Numbered from the stretch's first letter, positions 1 to 13,017 are shown. The stretch: 35,677 nt of DNA from Eubacteriales bacterium (GCA_045632105.1 JAZQVZ010000009.1:1-35677), one strand, 5' to 3'. Program-made: numbers and translations. The notes: generated by a model from the letters alone, not told the origin.

Positions 1-2
1 AC

Positions 3-1295
3 AATATCACAATAACCGACGGAGCAATACGCGAGGCGGTGCGCCTGTCGGTAAGATATATCCACGATAGATTTTTACCCGACAAGGCAATAGACCTGAT
101 AGACGAAGCGGCGGCAAAGCTCAAGCTTTCAGCCATAGAGGGGCCCGACTCGACCGACGATGCAGAGGCGAGGATAGAAGCCGCCGTAAAGGAGGGCGAC
201 CTTTGCTCTGCGGCGCTGATCGCCGAGGAGGAACGAGCCCTTCGCACCTCGTCACCCTTGGCAGTTCTCGATAAAGCTCCCCGCGCACTTCCCTCGCTTA
301 CCGCCGACCATATAGCCTCGGTAGTCAGCGAGCAGACGGGTATCCCCTGCAACAGCCTTATGCTGTCGGACGCCAAAAAGCTTTCCGAGCTTGATGCCAT
401 TCTTAACTCGAAAATAATCGGTCAGGAGAAGGCCGTACGCGCCCTTACCTCGGCTATAAGGCGAGGCAGAGCGGGCTTTGGAAGCACTAAGCGCCCTACG
501 GGCTCATTTCTATTTCTCGGTAGCACGGGAGTGGGAAAGACCGCTCTTTGCAAGGCTCTCGCCAATACCCTCTTTGATTCAAAGGAAGCTCTTATACGGC
601 TTGATATGTCGGAATATATGGAAAAGCACAGCGTATCAAAGCTTATCGGCGCGCCTCCCGGATACGTTGGCTACGGCGAGGGCGGTCTGCTCACAGAAAA
701 GGTGCGACGCCGTCCCTACTCGGTAGTACTTTTTGACGAGATAGAAAAGGCGCATCCCGACATTTTTCATATTCTGCTCCAGATACTTGAGGACGGCACG
801 CTTACCGACTCCTCGGGTCGCGTTACCGACTTTTCAAGCACGGTAATAGTTATGACCTCAAATCTTTTAAGCTCCGACGAGGCGGTCAGCCGCCCTCTCG
901 GCTTTGGAGATAGGCAGGACAGCGCTGTGGATATACGAAGAAGTCAAAAGCTTCTTGACACCTTCCGCCCCGAATTCCTCGGTAGAATAGACGAGATCAT
1001 CCTCTTCTCTGCCCTTGGTGAGCAGGAGCTTTCCAAAATAGCAGATCTAATGCTCCGTGACCTCTGTACGCAGATCGAAGAAATGGGAATTATCCTTGAC
1101 GTCGACACTTCGGTGCCCGCCGCTCTTGCGAGAAAATGTCTGCGCTACCACAGAGGACTTGGCGCAAGACCTCTGCGACGTGAGATAACCGAGCTTATCG
1201 AGGATCCCCTCGCCGAGCGAATGCTGAAAAACGGCAACACGGGAGAGCCTATCCGTATTCAGACAGATGGCGAGGATATCTGCTTCTCAATATAA
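3..1295 (+). CDS. clpC: ATP-dependent Clp protease ATP-binding subunit (ClpC type), 5'-truncated by the window edge
   Basis: Frame is open from base 3 (NITITDGAIREAVRLSVRYIHDRFLPDKAIDLIDEA). NBD2 Walker A GSTGVGKT, RLDMSEYMEKHSVSKLIGAPPGYVGY, Walker B VVLFDEIEKAH, ClpP-docking loop LGF, GARPLRR. Confidence 0.92.
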   Translation, partial: NITITDGAIREAVRLSVRYIHDRFLPDKAIDLIDEAAAKLKLSAIEGPDSTDDAEARIEAAVKEGDLCSAALIAEEERALRTSSPLAVLDKAPRALPSLTADHIASVVSEQTGIPCNSLMLSDAKKLSELDAILNSKIIGQEKAVRALTSAIRRGRAGFGSTKRPTGSFLFLGSTGVGKTALCKALANTLFDSKEALIRLDMSEYMEKHSVSKLIGAPPGYVGYGEGGLLTEKVRRRPYSVVLFDEIEKAHPDIFHILLQILEDGTLTDSSGRVTDFSSTVIVMTSNLLSSDEAVSRPLGFGDRQDSAVDIRRSQKLLDTFRPEFLGRIDEIILFSALGEQELSKIADLMLRDLCTQIEEMGIILDVDTSVPAALARKCLRYHRGLGARPLRREITELIEDPLAERMLKNGNTGEPIRIQTDGEDICFSI

Positions 1296-1303
1296 TTAAA
1301 ATG

Positions 1304-1335
1304 AAAGAATAGGGCTTAGGCTCTATTCTTTTTTT
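1304..1335 (+). terminator. Rho-independent terminator after clpC
   Basis: AAAGAATAGGGC-ttag-GCTCTATTCTTT followed by a T run. Confidence 0.75.
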
Positions 1336-1414
1336 ACCTAAACCCCTTTTTGTTTACAACACGTTCAAAATTATGGTATATAATATACATAATTGTAAAA
1401 ATCACGGAGGACCT

Positions 1415-2224
1415 ATGAGATACCTCAAAAGCCATAAAGCGCTTATTTCCATCGCGGCTACGGCAACCTGCCTTATTACCGCGGTTCTTCATACGATATC
1501 TATGCTTTCATTCTGCGACGAGTGGGGATATTTTGTAAGCGGAGCTATTCTCCCCATAATATCCTGCGCCCTCGTGGCATTCTCTGTAGTAGCATTTGCC
1601 GCAAGCGCATATTTGTGCTCTGACAAGGGTGAGCAGATAGGCGCTCCAAAGGAAGCGGTGGGATATACGTCTCTCCTTCCTGCACTTGCAATGCTGTTCC
1701 ACACCGCGGGGCTTATTCCCTCGGTTCTGGCAGATGCCGATATCTTCAGCATCGCACTTCTCATTTCTGCTCTTGCATCCGGCGTATTCTTCGTTATGAT
1801 TCCCTTTTCAAAGGAATACGGAAGCATCACGGCTCTCTGCGGTATAGGATTTATCGTTTGGTTAGGACTTTCCTGGATGAGCTCGTACAACGACCTTTAT
1901 ATTCCTATGAATTCACCCGAAAAGCTCTTCTTCCATTTCGGCTGCATAGGAGCGGCTCTGCTGACGGTAGCCGAGCTTCGAGCTATGTTCGGCATCTCAA
2001 AGCCCGCACTTTTCCGCTTCTCGCTATGGAGCGCACAGCTCCTGCTGCTTACGGCGGCTCTGCCTACGGCAGTGAAATTCATTCTCGAAAACGCTAAGAC
2101 CTCGATGTTCTCAGAGCATCTGGTCCTTCTCTGCCTTGCCGTCTATGCGATATCAAGAGGCATATCAATTACAGCCGCAGACATTCGAGCAAAAAAGCAA
2201 AGCTCTGACAACGAAGAAAATTGA
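1415..2224 (+). CDS. Hypothetical multi-pass membrane protein
   Basis: About 8 hydrophobic segments. GGAGG lies 4 nt before the ATG at 1415, which is preferred over the ORF-track start at 1373. Confidence 0.75.
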   Translation: MRYLKSHKALISIAATATCLITAVLHTISMLSFCDEWGYFVSGAILPIISCALVAFSVVAFAASAYLCSDKGEQIGAPKEAVGYTSLLPALAMLFHTAGLIPSVLADADIFSIALLISALASGVFFVMIPFSKEYGSITALCGIGFIVWLGLSWMSSYNDLYIPMNSPEKLFFHFGCIGAALLTVAELRAMFGISKPALFRFSLWSAQLLLLTAALPTAVKFILENAKTSMFSEHLVLLCLAVYAISRGISITAADIRAKKQSSDNEEN

Positions 2225-2236
2225 CAGGAGATAACT

Positions 2237-2797
2237 ATGAGCGCCAATGAACGCATACAATGGCTTCACAAAATGATATCCGAGAAATGCTATCCCAACG
2301 CCGCTCATCTTTCGGACAAGTTCTCGATCTCGCACCGACAGGCACAGCGCGACGTAGACTTTTTGCGTAAGGAGCTGAAGGCTCCCATGTCCTACTCGGC
2401 TATGCACAAGGGATATTTCTATACCGAGCCCTACTCTATCCCCCTTCTGCTGGAAAACGAGAACGACGCGGATTTCAGCGACGTTCTGCGTGGAATGAAG
2501 GAGTTTGACGACCGCAACGCCGAGCGCTCGGTCATTCAGCTTCAGTTCCCCTACACCGCGACACTACAGATAACCGACCGAATCACAGTGCTCAATCTCC
2601 GCAGCTTTATCGTAGCCGACGAGCCCAACCACTGCTACCGCTGTGAATTTCCAAGCGTTGAGCTCTTCCTTGGAATAATCATGGCCACGGGCGCTGACAT
2701 CAAGATAATCAAGCCTCTCTGGCTTCGCGAGCGTCTGGTAGACTTTGCCCACAGAGTACTCAAAAACAATCCTCCCGATGAGGACGAGGACGAATAA
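2237..2797 (+). CDS. WYL-family-like transcription regulator with N-terminal winged HTH and C-terminal WCX-like domain, apparently lacking the WYL domain
   Basis: N-terminus ERIQWLHKMI..YPNAAHLSDKFSISHRQAQRDVDFLR..LKAPMSY...KGYFY matches the HTH of WYL regulators. C-terminus GIIMATGADIKIIKPLWLRERL is WCX-like. Only 186 aa. SD AGGAG. Confidence 0.7.
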   Translation: MSANERIQWLHKMISEKCYPNAAHLSDKFSISHRQAQRDVDFLRKELKAPMSYSAMHKGYFYTEPYSIPLLLENENDADFSDVLRGMKEFDDRNAERSVIQLQFPYTATLQITDRITVLNLRSFIVADEPNHCYRCEFPSVELFLGIIMATGADIKIIKPLWLRERLVDFAHRVLKNNPPDEDEDE

Positions 2798-2830
2798 ATA
2801 AAAAATTTTTAAAAAAATTATAAAAAACTC

Positions 2831-2858
2831 TTGACAAAGAGAAATTTTATGATATAAT
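2831..2858 (+). promoter_or_regulatory. Sigma-A promoter for rplJ-rplL
   Basis: TTGACA-16 nt-TATAAT with an extended -10 TG and an AT-rich UP-like tract upstream. Confidence 0.8.
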
Positions 2859-2867
2859 ACTTGTGTT

Positions 2868-2990
2868 ATCCAAAGACAGCAGGTTCCCGTAAAGGCGCAA
2901 GCTTCCCTGCCGAGGAGATTTTGATCGCGAATATTTTTTCTGATCTTTCTTCTCGGGGTGCTATGCCTTTGGGAAGAAAGTTTTTTTATT
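2868..2990 (+). promoter_or_regulatory. Ribosomal protein L10 leader (autogenous attenuator)
   Basis: AAGACAGCAGG...CCTGCCGAGG core typical of the L10 leader, then a terminator-like hairpin CTTTCTTCTC...GGGAAGAAAG-T7 (2945-2987) upstream of rplJ. Confidence 0.8.
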
Positions 2991-3027
2991 TCCCGCTGTC
3001 AAGCAATTCTTATAGGAGGTAAGAACT

Positions 3028-3573
3028 ATGCCCAGCAATTCCATTCTCGAACAAAAGCAGGCGATCGTTGCTGACCTTGCCGAGCAGTTGAAGAATTCTC
3101 CCGCAGGCGTTGTAGTCAACTACCAGGGTATCACCGTTGATGCTGACACTAAGATGCGTAAGGCTCTCCGTGAGGCAGGCGTTAAGTACATGGTTATGAA
3201 GAATTCTCTCACCGGCAGAGCTTGTGACGAAGTCGGCCTTGGCGATATGAAGCAGTACCTCACCGGTATGACCGCTATCGCTATCGGAACAACAGATCCT
3301 GTTGCTCCCGCGAAGGTTCTCAAGGAGTACGCAGAGAAGATCGAGTCTTTCCAGATCCTCGCTGGTTACCTTGATGGCGCAGTAGTTGACGCAAACACCG
3401 TTAACACTCTCGCTGACATTCCTTCCAAAGAAGTTCTCATTGCAAAGCTCCTCGGAAGCATCAAGAGCCCCCTTTACGGCTTCGCTTATGCTATCCAGGC
3501 AATCGTCGACAAGGACGGAGAGGCTGCTCCCGCAGCAGAGGAAGCACCCGCAGCAGAGGCTGCAGCAGAATAA
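3028..3573 (+). CDS. rplJ: 50S ribosomal protein L10
   Basis: VVVNYQGITV..LRKALREAGVKYMVMKNSL, LTGMTAIA, LADIPSKEVLIAKLLG. SD AGGAGGT. Confidence 0.97.
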   Translation: MPSNSILEQKQAIVADLAEQLKNSPAGVVVNYQGITVDADTKMRKALREAGVKYMVMKNSLTGRACDEVGLGDMKQYLTGMTAIAIGTTDPVAPAKVLKEYAEKIESFQILAGYLDGAVVDANTVNTLADIPSKEVLIAKLLGSIKSPLYGFAYAIQAIVDKDGEAAPAAEEAPAAEAAAE

Positions 3574-3681
3574 TTTCTGCAAACACTTACCGACAAAGAT
3601 CGGTAGCTTAATTTCAGCGTGAAACACGCAAACAAAAAACAAAAAAATTTAATTTAATTCCGTTTAAGGAGGAATACGAAA

Positions 3682-4056
3682 ATGGCATCCGAAAAGATTA
3701 CAAACATTCTTGAAGAGATCAAGTCTCTTACTATTATCGAGCTCGCTGACCTTGTAAAGGCAGTTGAGGAGGAATTTGGCGTATCCGCAGCAGCTCCCGT
3801 AGGTGTAGTTGCAGCAGCAGCTCCCGCAGCAGCAGCTGAGGAGAAGACCGAGTTCGACGTTATTCTTAAGTCCGCTGGCGCAAGCAAGCTCAACGTTATC
3901 AAGGTAGTTCGTGAGCTTACCGGTCTTGGTCTTAAGGACGCTAAGGACCTCGTTGAGAGTGCTCCTAAGGCTCTTAAGGAAGGCGTTGCTAAGGACGAGG
4001 CTGAGGCTGTTAAGAAGGCTCTCGAAGAGGCTGGCGCTGAGGTTGAGGTTAAGTAA
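3682..4056 (+). CDS. rplL: 50S ribosomal protein L7/L12
   Basis: [45 protein letters not shown]. Confidence 0.98.
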   Translation: MASEKITNILEEIKSLTIIELADLVKAVEEEFGVSAAAPVGVVAAAAPAAAAEEKTEFDVILKSAGASKLNVIKVVRELTGLGLKDAKDLVESAPKALKEGVAKDEAEAVKKALEEAGAEVEVK

Positions 4057-4078
4057 TTTAACCCCAATTGCACAAAGC

Positions 4079-4118
4079 AAAAAAATAGGACTGCTCAATC
4101 GAGCAGTCCTATTTTTTT
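4079..4118. terminator. Bidirectional terminator between rplL and the V-ATPase operon
   Basis: A-run, TAGGACTGCTC-aatc-GAGCAGTCCTA, T-run, lying between convergent genes. Confidence 0.9.
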
Positions 4119-4794
4119 ATTCTTCTTCGGCTTCTTCTCTGCCGTTCTGTCTTTGCGCCTTGAGCATCATATCCTTGACCTTCATAAGTCGAGTGGTATT
4201 TCCTCGCTCGTTCTCGTCAAGCTTCATCTTTATGCTCTTTATTGCCGCAAGGTACTGGGGCATCATAATATACTCCAGAGCGTTTACGCGTCTGCGGGTC
4301 TTTTCGATCTCCTCAGCCAAAAGCTGAGCCTTTTTTTCAAGCTCTGCCATTCGCAACAGATCCTCAAGAATTCCGTTAAGCTCCCTGAGTGAATTGTCAA
4401 GCTCACCCGAGGTAAAGGCAAGACCGTAGTTGAAGCTTTCAGCCACAGCTCCTCCCTCACCCGAAGCTACGCTGCAAAATTCAGGAACGGTAACGCTCAT
4501 CATATTTTTATAAGAAACCTCAAGCTTGCCCTCCTTCTTGGGAGATATCAAAGCTTCCTCTATCATTGCAGGATTTCCCGACGCGCTTGCCACCGAAAAA
4601 CCGCGGTAGTACGCGTCAAGAGCCGCCTCAACTCTCTGTCGAAGCGCCTTGTCCTCGCGCACCACCTCAAGAAACTGCTTCATAAGCTCGTCGCGCTTAT
4701 CCTTCAGCAGCTTGTGTCCTCGGCGAGCGGTGGTATATCTGCCCTGAAGCTTTTTCATCTCCATTCGGGTAGGATTTACTCTTATCTCTGCCAT
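4117..4794 (-). CDS. ntpD: V/A-type ATPase subunit D
   Basis: VNPTRME, RRGHKLLKDKRDELM, IEKTRRRVNALEY, KMKLDENER. Confidence 0.96.
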   Translation of the reverse strand: MAEIRVNPTRMEMKKLQGRYTTARRGHKLLKDKRDELMKQFLEVVREDKALRQRVEAALDAYYRGFSVASASGNPAMIEEALISPKKEGKLEVSYKNMMSVTVPEFCSVASGEGGAVAESFNYGLAFTSGELDNSLRELNGILEDLLRMAELEKKAQLLAEEIEKTRRRVNALEYIMMPQYLAAIKSIKMKLDENERGNTTRLMKVKDMMLKAQRQNGREEAEEE

Positions 4795-4824
4795 CTTATC
4801 CGACCTTTCGTTTCATAGTACGGA

Positions 4825-6198
4825 TCAATTTCCGCGCCAGTACTTTTCTATAAGCTCGGGCTTGATACGCTTCATCTCGCTCTTGGGGAGTATTCCAAGA
4901 AGCTCCCAACCAAGGTCAAGGGTCTCCTCGATGCTACGGTTATCGTAGAATCCCTGATTGATATATCTTGCCTCAAACTCGTCGGCAAACTTCGCGTAAA
5001 GTCTGTCCATAGGCGTAAGAGCCGCCTCACCGAGAACCACCATAAGCTCCTTCGCTTCTTTTCCACGAGCGTAGCTGGAGAATATCTGGTTCATAGTTCC
5101 CGCGTGGTCCTCACGGGTCTTGCCGTCGCCAATGCCCTTATCCTTAAGTCTTGACAGCGAAGGAAGAACGTCTACTGGAGGCATATATCCCTTTCTGTAC
5201 ATCTCACGGGAGAGAATTATCTGTCCCTCCGTGATGTATCCCGTAAGGTCGGGAATGGGGTGGGTCTTGTCGTCCTCGGGCATAGTCAGTATCGGAATCA
5301 TAGTGATGGAGCCCTCGGATCCCATCTTTCTTCCCGCTCTTTCATACATAGTCGCAAGGTCGGTGTAAAGGTAGCCGGGATATCCGCGTCTGCCGGGAAC
5401 CTCCTTACGAGCCGCCGATACCTCACGAAGAGCCTCGGCATAGTTCGTAATGTCGGTCATAATGACCAGAACGTGCATATCGCACTCAAATGCCAGATAC
5501 TCCGCCGCTGTCAGCGCCATACGGGGAGTGGATATTCTCTCGATAGCGGGGTCGGATGCAAGGTTTACGAACATTACGGTTCGGTCGATAGCACCCGTCT
5601 TCTTGAAGTCGGATATAAAGAAATCCGCCTCCTCAAAGGTGATACCGATAGCGGCAAATACGACCGCAAACTTGGAATCCGAATTGCGGACCTTTGCCTG
5701 TCTTGCTATCTGCGAAGCAAGATTAGCGTGAGGAAGTCCCGAGCCCGAAAAGATGGGCAGCTTCTGTCCTCTTACCAGCGTGTTAAGTCCGTCTATGGTG
5801 GACACTCCCGTCTGAATAAACTCAGAGGGATAGTAGCGCGCCGCGGGATTTATGGGAGTTCCGTTTATATCAAGGCTCTTTTCGGGAATAAGCTTTGCGC
5901 CGTCATCAATGGGCTCGCCCATTCCGTTAAATACTCGACCGAGCATATTCTCGGATACGGGAAGCTCAACACCGTGACCGGTAAAGCGCACCTTACTGTG
6001 AGCAAGATTAAGACCTGCGCTGGACTCGAAAAGCTGCACCAGCACGTCTCTGCCGTTTACCTCAAGCACACGGCAACGGCGCACGTCGCCGTTTGGAAGC
6101 TCTATCTCGCCAAGCTCGTCGTACTTAACGCCCTCGACCTGCTTTACAAGCATAAGAGGACCTGCAACCTCTTCGATAGTTCTGTATTCTCTTATCAT
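4825..6198 (-). CDS. ntpB: V/A-type ATPase subunit B
   Basis: [52 protein letters not shown]. Confidence 0.97.
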   Translation of the reverse strand: MIREYRTIEEVAGPLMLVKQVEGVKYDELGEIELPNGDVRRCRVLEVNGRDVLVQLFESSAGLNLAHSKVRFTGHGVELPVSENMLGRVFNGMGEPIDDGAKLIPEKSLDINGTPINPAARYYPSEFIQTGVSTIDGLNTLVRGQKLPIFSGSGLPHANLASQIARQAKVRNSDSKFAVVFAAIGITFEEADFFISDFKKTGAIDRTVMFVNLASDPAIERISTPRMALTAAEYLAFECDMHVLVIMTDITNYAEALREVSAARKEVPGRRGYPGYLYTDLATMYERAGRKMGSEGSITMIPILTMPEDDKTHPIPDLTGYITEGQIILSREMYRKGYMPPVDVLPSLSRLKDKGIGDGKTREDHAGTMNQIFSSYARGKEAKELMVVLGEAALTPMDRLYAKFADEFEARYINQGFYDNRSIEETLDLGWELLGILPKSEMKRIKPELIEKYWRGN

Positions 6199-6212
6199 TT
6201 TGCAGTCCTCCT

Positions 6213-7982
6213 TTAAGCCTTAGCCGCCGCAACCAGAGCGTCAAGCTCTGCCGACAGCTGCTCGTCTATCTCACGGTATACTCTCTTGTAATCTGCAAAG
6301 GGCACCGATTTTGCGCGTCCTATTCTCTCTCTTACGGGAAGCGTGGATATCTTTTCAATATCCGCGCCCTCGGATACGGCCTTGCTCGCCTTGTCACCGA
6401 AGGAGAATATCAGCTCGATAAGAGCCGCCTGCTTCTCAAGCTCGGTGTAGCTGTCGTTTTCGTCAAAGGCTATCTGCTGCAGGAAGTCCTCACGAATAGA
6501 CTGCGCAAGCTCAAGCTTCATTCTGTCCTCAGCCGAAAGAGCATCCATACCTACGAGCTTCACGATCTCCTGAAGGTCGTTCTCCTCCTGAAGAATCTTG
6601 AGAAGTCTTGCGGTGTTTTCCATCCAGCTCTTGGATACGTTCTGGGAGAACCAATCACTAAGTCTGTCGCGGTAGAGCGAATAGGAATTAAGCCAGTTTA
6701 TTGCAGGGAAATGACGTCTGTAAGCAAGCGACGCGTCAAGTCCCCAGAATACCTTTACTATGCGGAGAGTAGCCTGAGTAACAGGCTCGGAAATATCTCC
6801 ACCCTGAGGAGATACAGCGCCGATAGCCGACAGCGCTCCCTGACGCTCATCGGAGCCAAGGCATACTACCTTACCCGCTCTCTCGTAGAACTGAGCAAGA
6901 CGGCTGGTAAGATATGCGGGATATCCCTCTTCACCGGGCATTTCCTCAAGACGACCCGACATCTCACGAAGAGCCTCTGCCCAACGGGAGGTGGAGTCTG
7001 CAATTACCGCCACCGAGTAACCCATATCACGGTAGTATTCCGCAATGGTGATACCCGTGTATATAGAAGCCTCACGCGCCGCAACAGGCATATCAGAGGT
7101 GTTTGCGATAAGCACGGTCCTCTCCATCAGCGACTTACCCGTACGGGGGTCGATAAGCTCGGGGAACTCACGAAGAACGTCGGTCATCTCGTTTCCACGC
7201 TCTCCGCAGCCGATATATACCACAAGGTCAACGTCACTCCACTTAGCCAGCTGATGCTGTACAACGGTCTTACCCGAGCCGAAGGGGCCGGGAACACAGG
7301 CTGTACCGCCCTTTGCTATGGGGAACAGAGCGTCGATAACTCTCTGACCCGATATCATAGGCTCGGCGGGAGGAAGCTTGCGAGCATAGGGACGGGATAC
7401 ACGAACAGGCCACTTCTGGATAAGCGTGATATCCTCCATAGTGCCGTCGTCAAGCTTTATCTTACCTATACGCTCGGTAACCTTAAAGTCACCCGAGCGA
7501 AGCTCTACTACGGTTCCCGACATACCGGGAGCCACCATTATTTTATGGGTAATTACCTCGGTCTCCTGAACCGTACCCAAAACGTCGCCTGCCTTGACTC
7601 TGTCGCCAAACTCATGCGCCGCCTCAAAATGCCATACCTTCTCTCTGTCAAGAGCGGGCTCGTCGATGCCCTTGGTTATGTTAGCGCCGCAACGCAATCT
7701 CATCGCCTCAAGAGGACGCTGAATTCCGTCGTATATATTAGTAAGAAGTCCGGGGCCAAGCTCTACCGAAAGAGGCGCTCCCGTGGACACTACCCTGTCG
7801 CCTCTTCCAAGTCCCGCAGTTTCCTCGTAGACCTGAATAGACGCCTTGTCACCGTGCATCTCGATTATCTCTCCGATAAGACGCTTTTCTCCAACTCTTA
7901 CCACGTCAAACATATTGGCTTCGCGCATACCCTCTGCAATTACCAGAGGCCCCGAAACCTTCAGTATCTTTCCTTCAACCAT
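6213..7982 (-). CDS. ntpA: V/A-type ATPase catalytic subunit A
   Basis: Walker [43 protein letters not shown]. Start moved to the ATG at 7982, which has GGAGG upstream. Confidence 0.97.
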   Translation of the reverse strand: MVEGKILKVSGPLVIAEGMREANMFDVVRVGEKRLIGEIIEMHGDKASIQVYEETAGLGRGDRVVSTGAPLSVELGPGLLTNIYDGIQRPLEAMRLRCGANITKGIDEPALDREKVWHFEAAHEFGDRVKAGDVLGTVQETEVITHKIMVAPGMSGTVVELRSGDFKVTERIGKIKLDDGTMEDITLIQKWPVRVSRPYARKLPPAEPMISGQRVIDALFPIAKGGTACVPGPFGSGKTVVQHQLAKWSDVDLVVYIGCGERGNEMTDVLREFPELIDPRTGKSLMERTVLIANTSDMPVAAREASIYTGITIAEYYRDMGYSVAVIADSTSRWAEALREMSGRLEEMPGEEGYPAYLTSRLAQFYERAGKVVCLGSDERQGALSAIGAVSPQGGDISEPVTQATLRIVKVFWGLDASLAYRRHFPAINWLNSYSLYRDRLSDWFSQNVSKSWMENTARLLKILQEENDLQEIVKLVGMDALSAEDRMKLELAQSIREDFLQQIAFDENDSYTELEKQAALIELIFSFGDKASKAVSEGADIEKISTLPVRERIGRAKSVPFADYKRVYREIDEQLSAELDALVAAAKA

Positions 7983-8015
7983 TTTTTCCTCCAAACGCCG
8001 TCGGCGTTATTAGAT

Positions 8016-8342
8016 TTATTCTTCGTTCTTGAACAGTATATCCGCGCCTACCGCACGCTCGACTGCGCTCTTGATATTCGCCATTCCGTAGCCCGTGCTG
8101 CCCTTAGCGCCGGGGATAACGGTGATAGCAGGAAGGGGCGCGTCCTTATATCGCGCTATATCCTCCTCTATCGAAAGAGCCAGATCCTCAGTTATAAATA
8201 GCGCCGCATACTCGCCCGACGCCACGAGGGTATGCAGCTTCTCCGCCGCATCCGCGCTCTCGTTTGCCTCGTGTACGGCAAAGCCGAGTGCCATAAACCC
8301 AAGGACGCTGTCGCGGTCACCGATAATTCCTATCTTATACAT
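8016..8342 (-). CDS. ntpG: V/A-type ATPase subunit F (NtpG in Enterococcus hirae nomenclature)
   Basis: MYKIGIIGDRDSVLGFMALG ... VERAVGADIL; operon position. Confidence 0.93.
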   Translation of the reverse strand: MYKIGIIGDRDSVLGFMALGFAVHEANESADAAEKLHTLVASGEYAALFITEDLALSIEEDIARYKDAPLPAITVIPGAKGSTGYGMANIKSAVERAVGADILFKNEE

Positions 8343-9336
8343 AGCATTCCCTCAACCTTTCGCGAATAATCTCCGAGGAAAGCCCGGCTTCCTTACCTGC
8401 AAGAAGAATTCTTACGTTCTTTACCTGATACTCAAGAGCCGATATATAACCGATAGCCACCTCTGCGCCAAAGGGAGCGAAGCGCGCATTACGGGCAATG
8501 CCCATCCATATATCCTCTGCTCTCTTCTCAATATCCCCAAGAGAAGCCTCCTCGGCTACAAGCGGGGACAATGACGAGTAAGCACCGTATTCGATCAGCT
8601 TAGCAAGACTCTCCGAGCCCTCTCCAAGTGTGCGAACAAGCTCTGCCTTATCAATAGAGCCGCCCTTGATATACGCCTCGTCAAGCAACGCGCCTCCGCG
8701 AGCGCCAAGCTTCATACGGATAAGACGGGCGGTAACCGTTATATTGACCAGATCTATTTTTGCAGATACGAGCTGAAGCGCCAGCGGAATTCCGCCTCTC
8801 TTAGCCGAATCAAGCATATCTGCAAAAGCCGCTCTGTCTATAATAAAATCTATCTTCTGAGGGTCTGCAGTAGCCGCGAACGCCTCCTCGGCGTCGGGTA
8901 TTGCCTCTGCCATATTTTCTGGAAAGACCGAATAATCCTTACTCTCATAAGCTCTTCGAGCCTGCTCTACGCTTACGCTTCCAAGCTCCAATAGCATTCT
9001 GTCAGCAGATATTCCACGAGCTGTGCACTTTATCAGCGACTTTATATTGTTTGCGTCGTAACCGAATCTAAGAAAGCGTATCGCATCGGCGCATTCCATC
9101 GCCGAAAGCTCCTCAAATCCAAGTTTAAGAGCAGACATAAGAGTTTCCTCACGCTGAAAGTGACCGTCACGCCATACCGCCTCGAAGCCAAGCTCGGAAA
9201 GCTGAGCCACCACGCTCTCGATGCTCTGGGCGTCTGCCATTCTCGCTATCTGCTCTCTTGACGCTATCCTTGTTTCAAAAGCGCGTATCCTCGCCGAGCT
9301 GTACATATATTCGGTTGGATTGTAGCCTTTAGCCAT
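8335..9336 (-). CDS. ntpC: V/A-type ATPase subunit C
   Basis: YMYSSARIRAFE, YDANNIKSLIK, EYQVKNVRILLAGK..L..EIIRERLRECYV. Confidence 0.92.
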   Translation of the reverse strand: MAKGYNPTEYMYSSARIRAFETRIASREQIARMADAQSIESVVAQLSELGFEAVWRDGHFQREETLMSALKLGFEELSAMECADAIRFLRFGYDANNIKSLIKCTARGISADRMLLELGSVSVEQARRAYESKDYSVFPENMAEAIPDAEEAFAATADPQKIDFIIDRAAFADMLDSAKRGGIPLALQLVSAKIDLVNITVTARLIRMKLGARGGALLDEAYIKGGSIDKAELVRTLGEGSESLAKLIEYGAYSSLSPLVAEEASLGDIEKRAEDIWMGIARNARFAPFGAEVAIGYISALEYQVKNVRILLAGKEAGLSSEIIRERLRECYV

Positions 9337-9356
9337 CTTTGTCCGTCAACCTTTCT

Positions 9357-10025
9357 TCAGGAAAATAAAATTTTTGCCACCTGCGCTTCAAGACGGGGAC
9401 GAAGAGCGCCCACAATGGCGCTGATGGAGTTATTGATCTCCACACTTCCCACTCTTATCACAAGACCGCCTTCAATGTTTGCGGTATCCTTACAAAGCAC
9501 CACACGAGAGGGCAGATCGCCAAGATCCTTACCCACTATTCTGCGCTTGAAGTTGTCGATTACCGCCTCACCCAGACGCTCCCTGTCCTTAGCGTTGAGC
9601 ATTACCTCGTATACTCTCTGCTCTGCGACCGCCTCGTCGCCGTATATCTCCCCTCTGCTCTGCTCTGCCTCCCACTCGGAGGTAAGAGAAGCAGCAAGAA
9701 GACCGCCGAGAAGCTCGAGCTTCTCGTTTTGAGGAAGAGCTACAAGCTCGTTTTCTGCTATCTCAAAGGCTCTGTCGATCATATCGCCCTGCGACTTCAT
9801 CATAATGTTCTTGCGCGCCGATGCCTCGCCCGAGCGAGTACGCAGGATCATTTCCTCTGCACGAGCCTTTGCCTGCGCGTTTGCTTCTGCCGTAAGAGCA
9901 TCTGCCTTTTCCTTATATTCAGCCGATATTCTCTGGCACTCAGCATCCGCCTCAGCAAGCCTCTCGGCTACCTCGCGTCTTGCCTCATCCAGAATCTTAT
10001 CGGTTATTTTGCTGAGTCCTGTCAT
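9357..10025 (-). CDS. ntpE: V/A-type ATPase subunit E
   Basis: MTGLSKITDKILDEA, N-terminal coiled coil, IEGGLVI..GSVEINNS, VAKILF; operon position. Confidence 0.88.
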   Translation of the reverse strand: MTGLSKITDKILDEARREVAERLAEADAECQRISAEYKEKADALTAEANAQAKARAEEMILRTRSGEASARKNIMMKSQGDMIDRAFEIAENELVALPQNEKLELLGGLLAASLTSEWEAEQSRGEIYGDEAVAEQRVYEVMLNAKDRERLGEAVIDNFKRRIVGKDLGDLPSRVVLCKDTANIEGGLVIRVGSVEINNSISAIVGALRPRLEAQVAKILFS

Positions 10026-10067
10026 TACGCCTCCCTGCCGTAGATTACGGCATCACAAATTACTTTA

Positions 10068-12560
<2,493 letters not shown>

Positions 12561-12570
<10 letters not shown>

Positions 12571-12881
12571 TGATCGTTTACTCCTGCTATAATAAGTCTT
12601 ACTGCCTCGCGCATATTAAAATCTGCAGACGAGCGCATAGCCTGCGCCTCGTCATAGGCGCTCTGCTGCGCCGCCGCAAGAGCCGAGTCGGCTCTCTCCT
12701 TCGCTATCGCCAGCTTTTCGCCATTTGTACGCGCAGCATCACTCTCTGCTTTCTCACAAAGCCGTTTACCCTCAGCCTCGGCTCTGCGGATTCGAGCCTT
12801 TGCCTCTTCGTAGCCGTCGCTCTTTATTTTACGCGCATCGGCCTCGGCTTCTCTTATCTTTTGAATAATTTCCTTTGACAA
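12561..12881 (-). CDS. ntpF: V/A-type ATPase peripheral-stalk subunit H/G (NtpF in E. hirae nomenclature)
   Basis: 106-aa charged coiled coil (IIQKIREAEADA), first gene of the operon, TTG start with GGAGG. Confidence 0.8.
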
Positions 12882-12941
12882 GATCCTTTGCCTCCGTTTT
12901 TGAACATTCTGACCAAAATTTGACAGAAATTATTATTTTTA

Positions 12942-12970
12942 ATTATACCATATATATTATAATTCTTCAA
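12942..12970 (-). promoter_or_regulatory. Sigma-A promoter of the V-ATPase operon
   Basis: TTGAAG-17 nt-TATAAT with extended TG on the minus strand. Confidence 0.7.
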
Positions 12971-13017
12971 GTATATTTACAAAAAACCAGAGAATTTTTT
13001 ACAGCTTATCTTGATTT

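Noticed and set aside
12882-12941. Na+ riboswitch or CodY box ahead of the V-ATPase operon
   Set aside because: The leader is short and AT-rich with no stable structure, and the best CodY-like 15-mer has about five mismatches.
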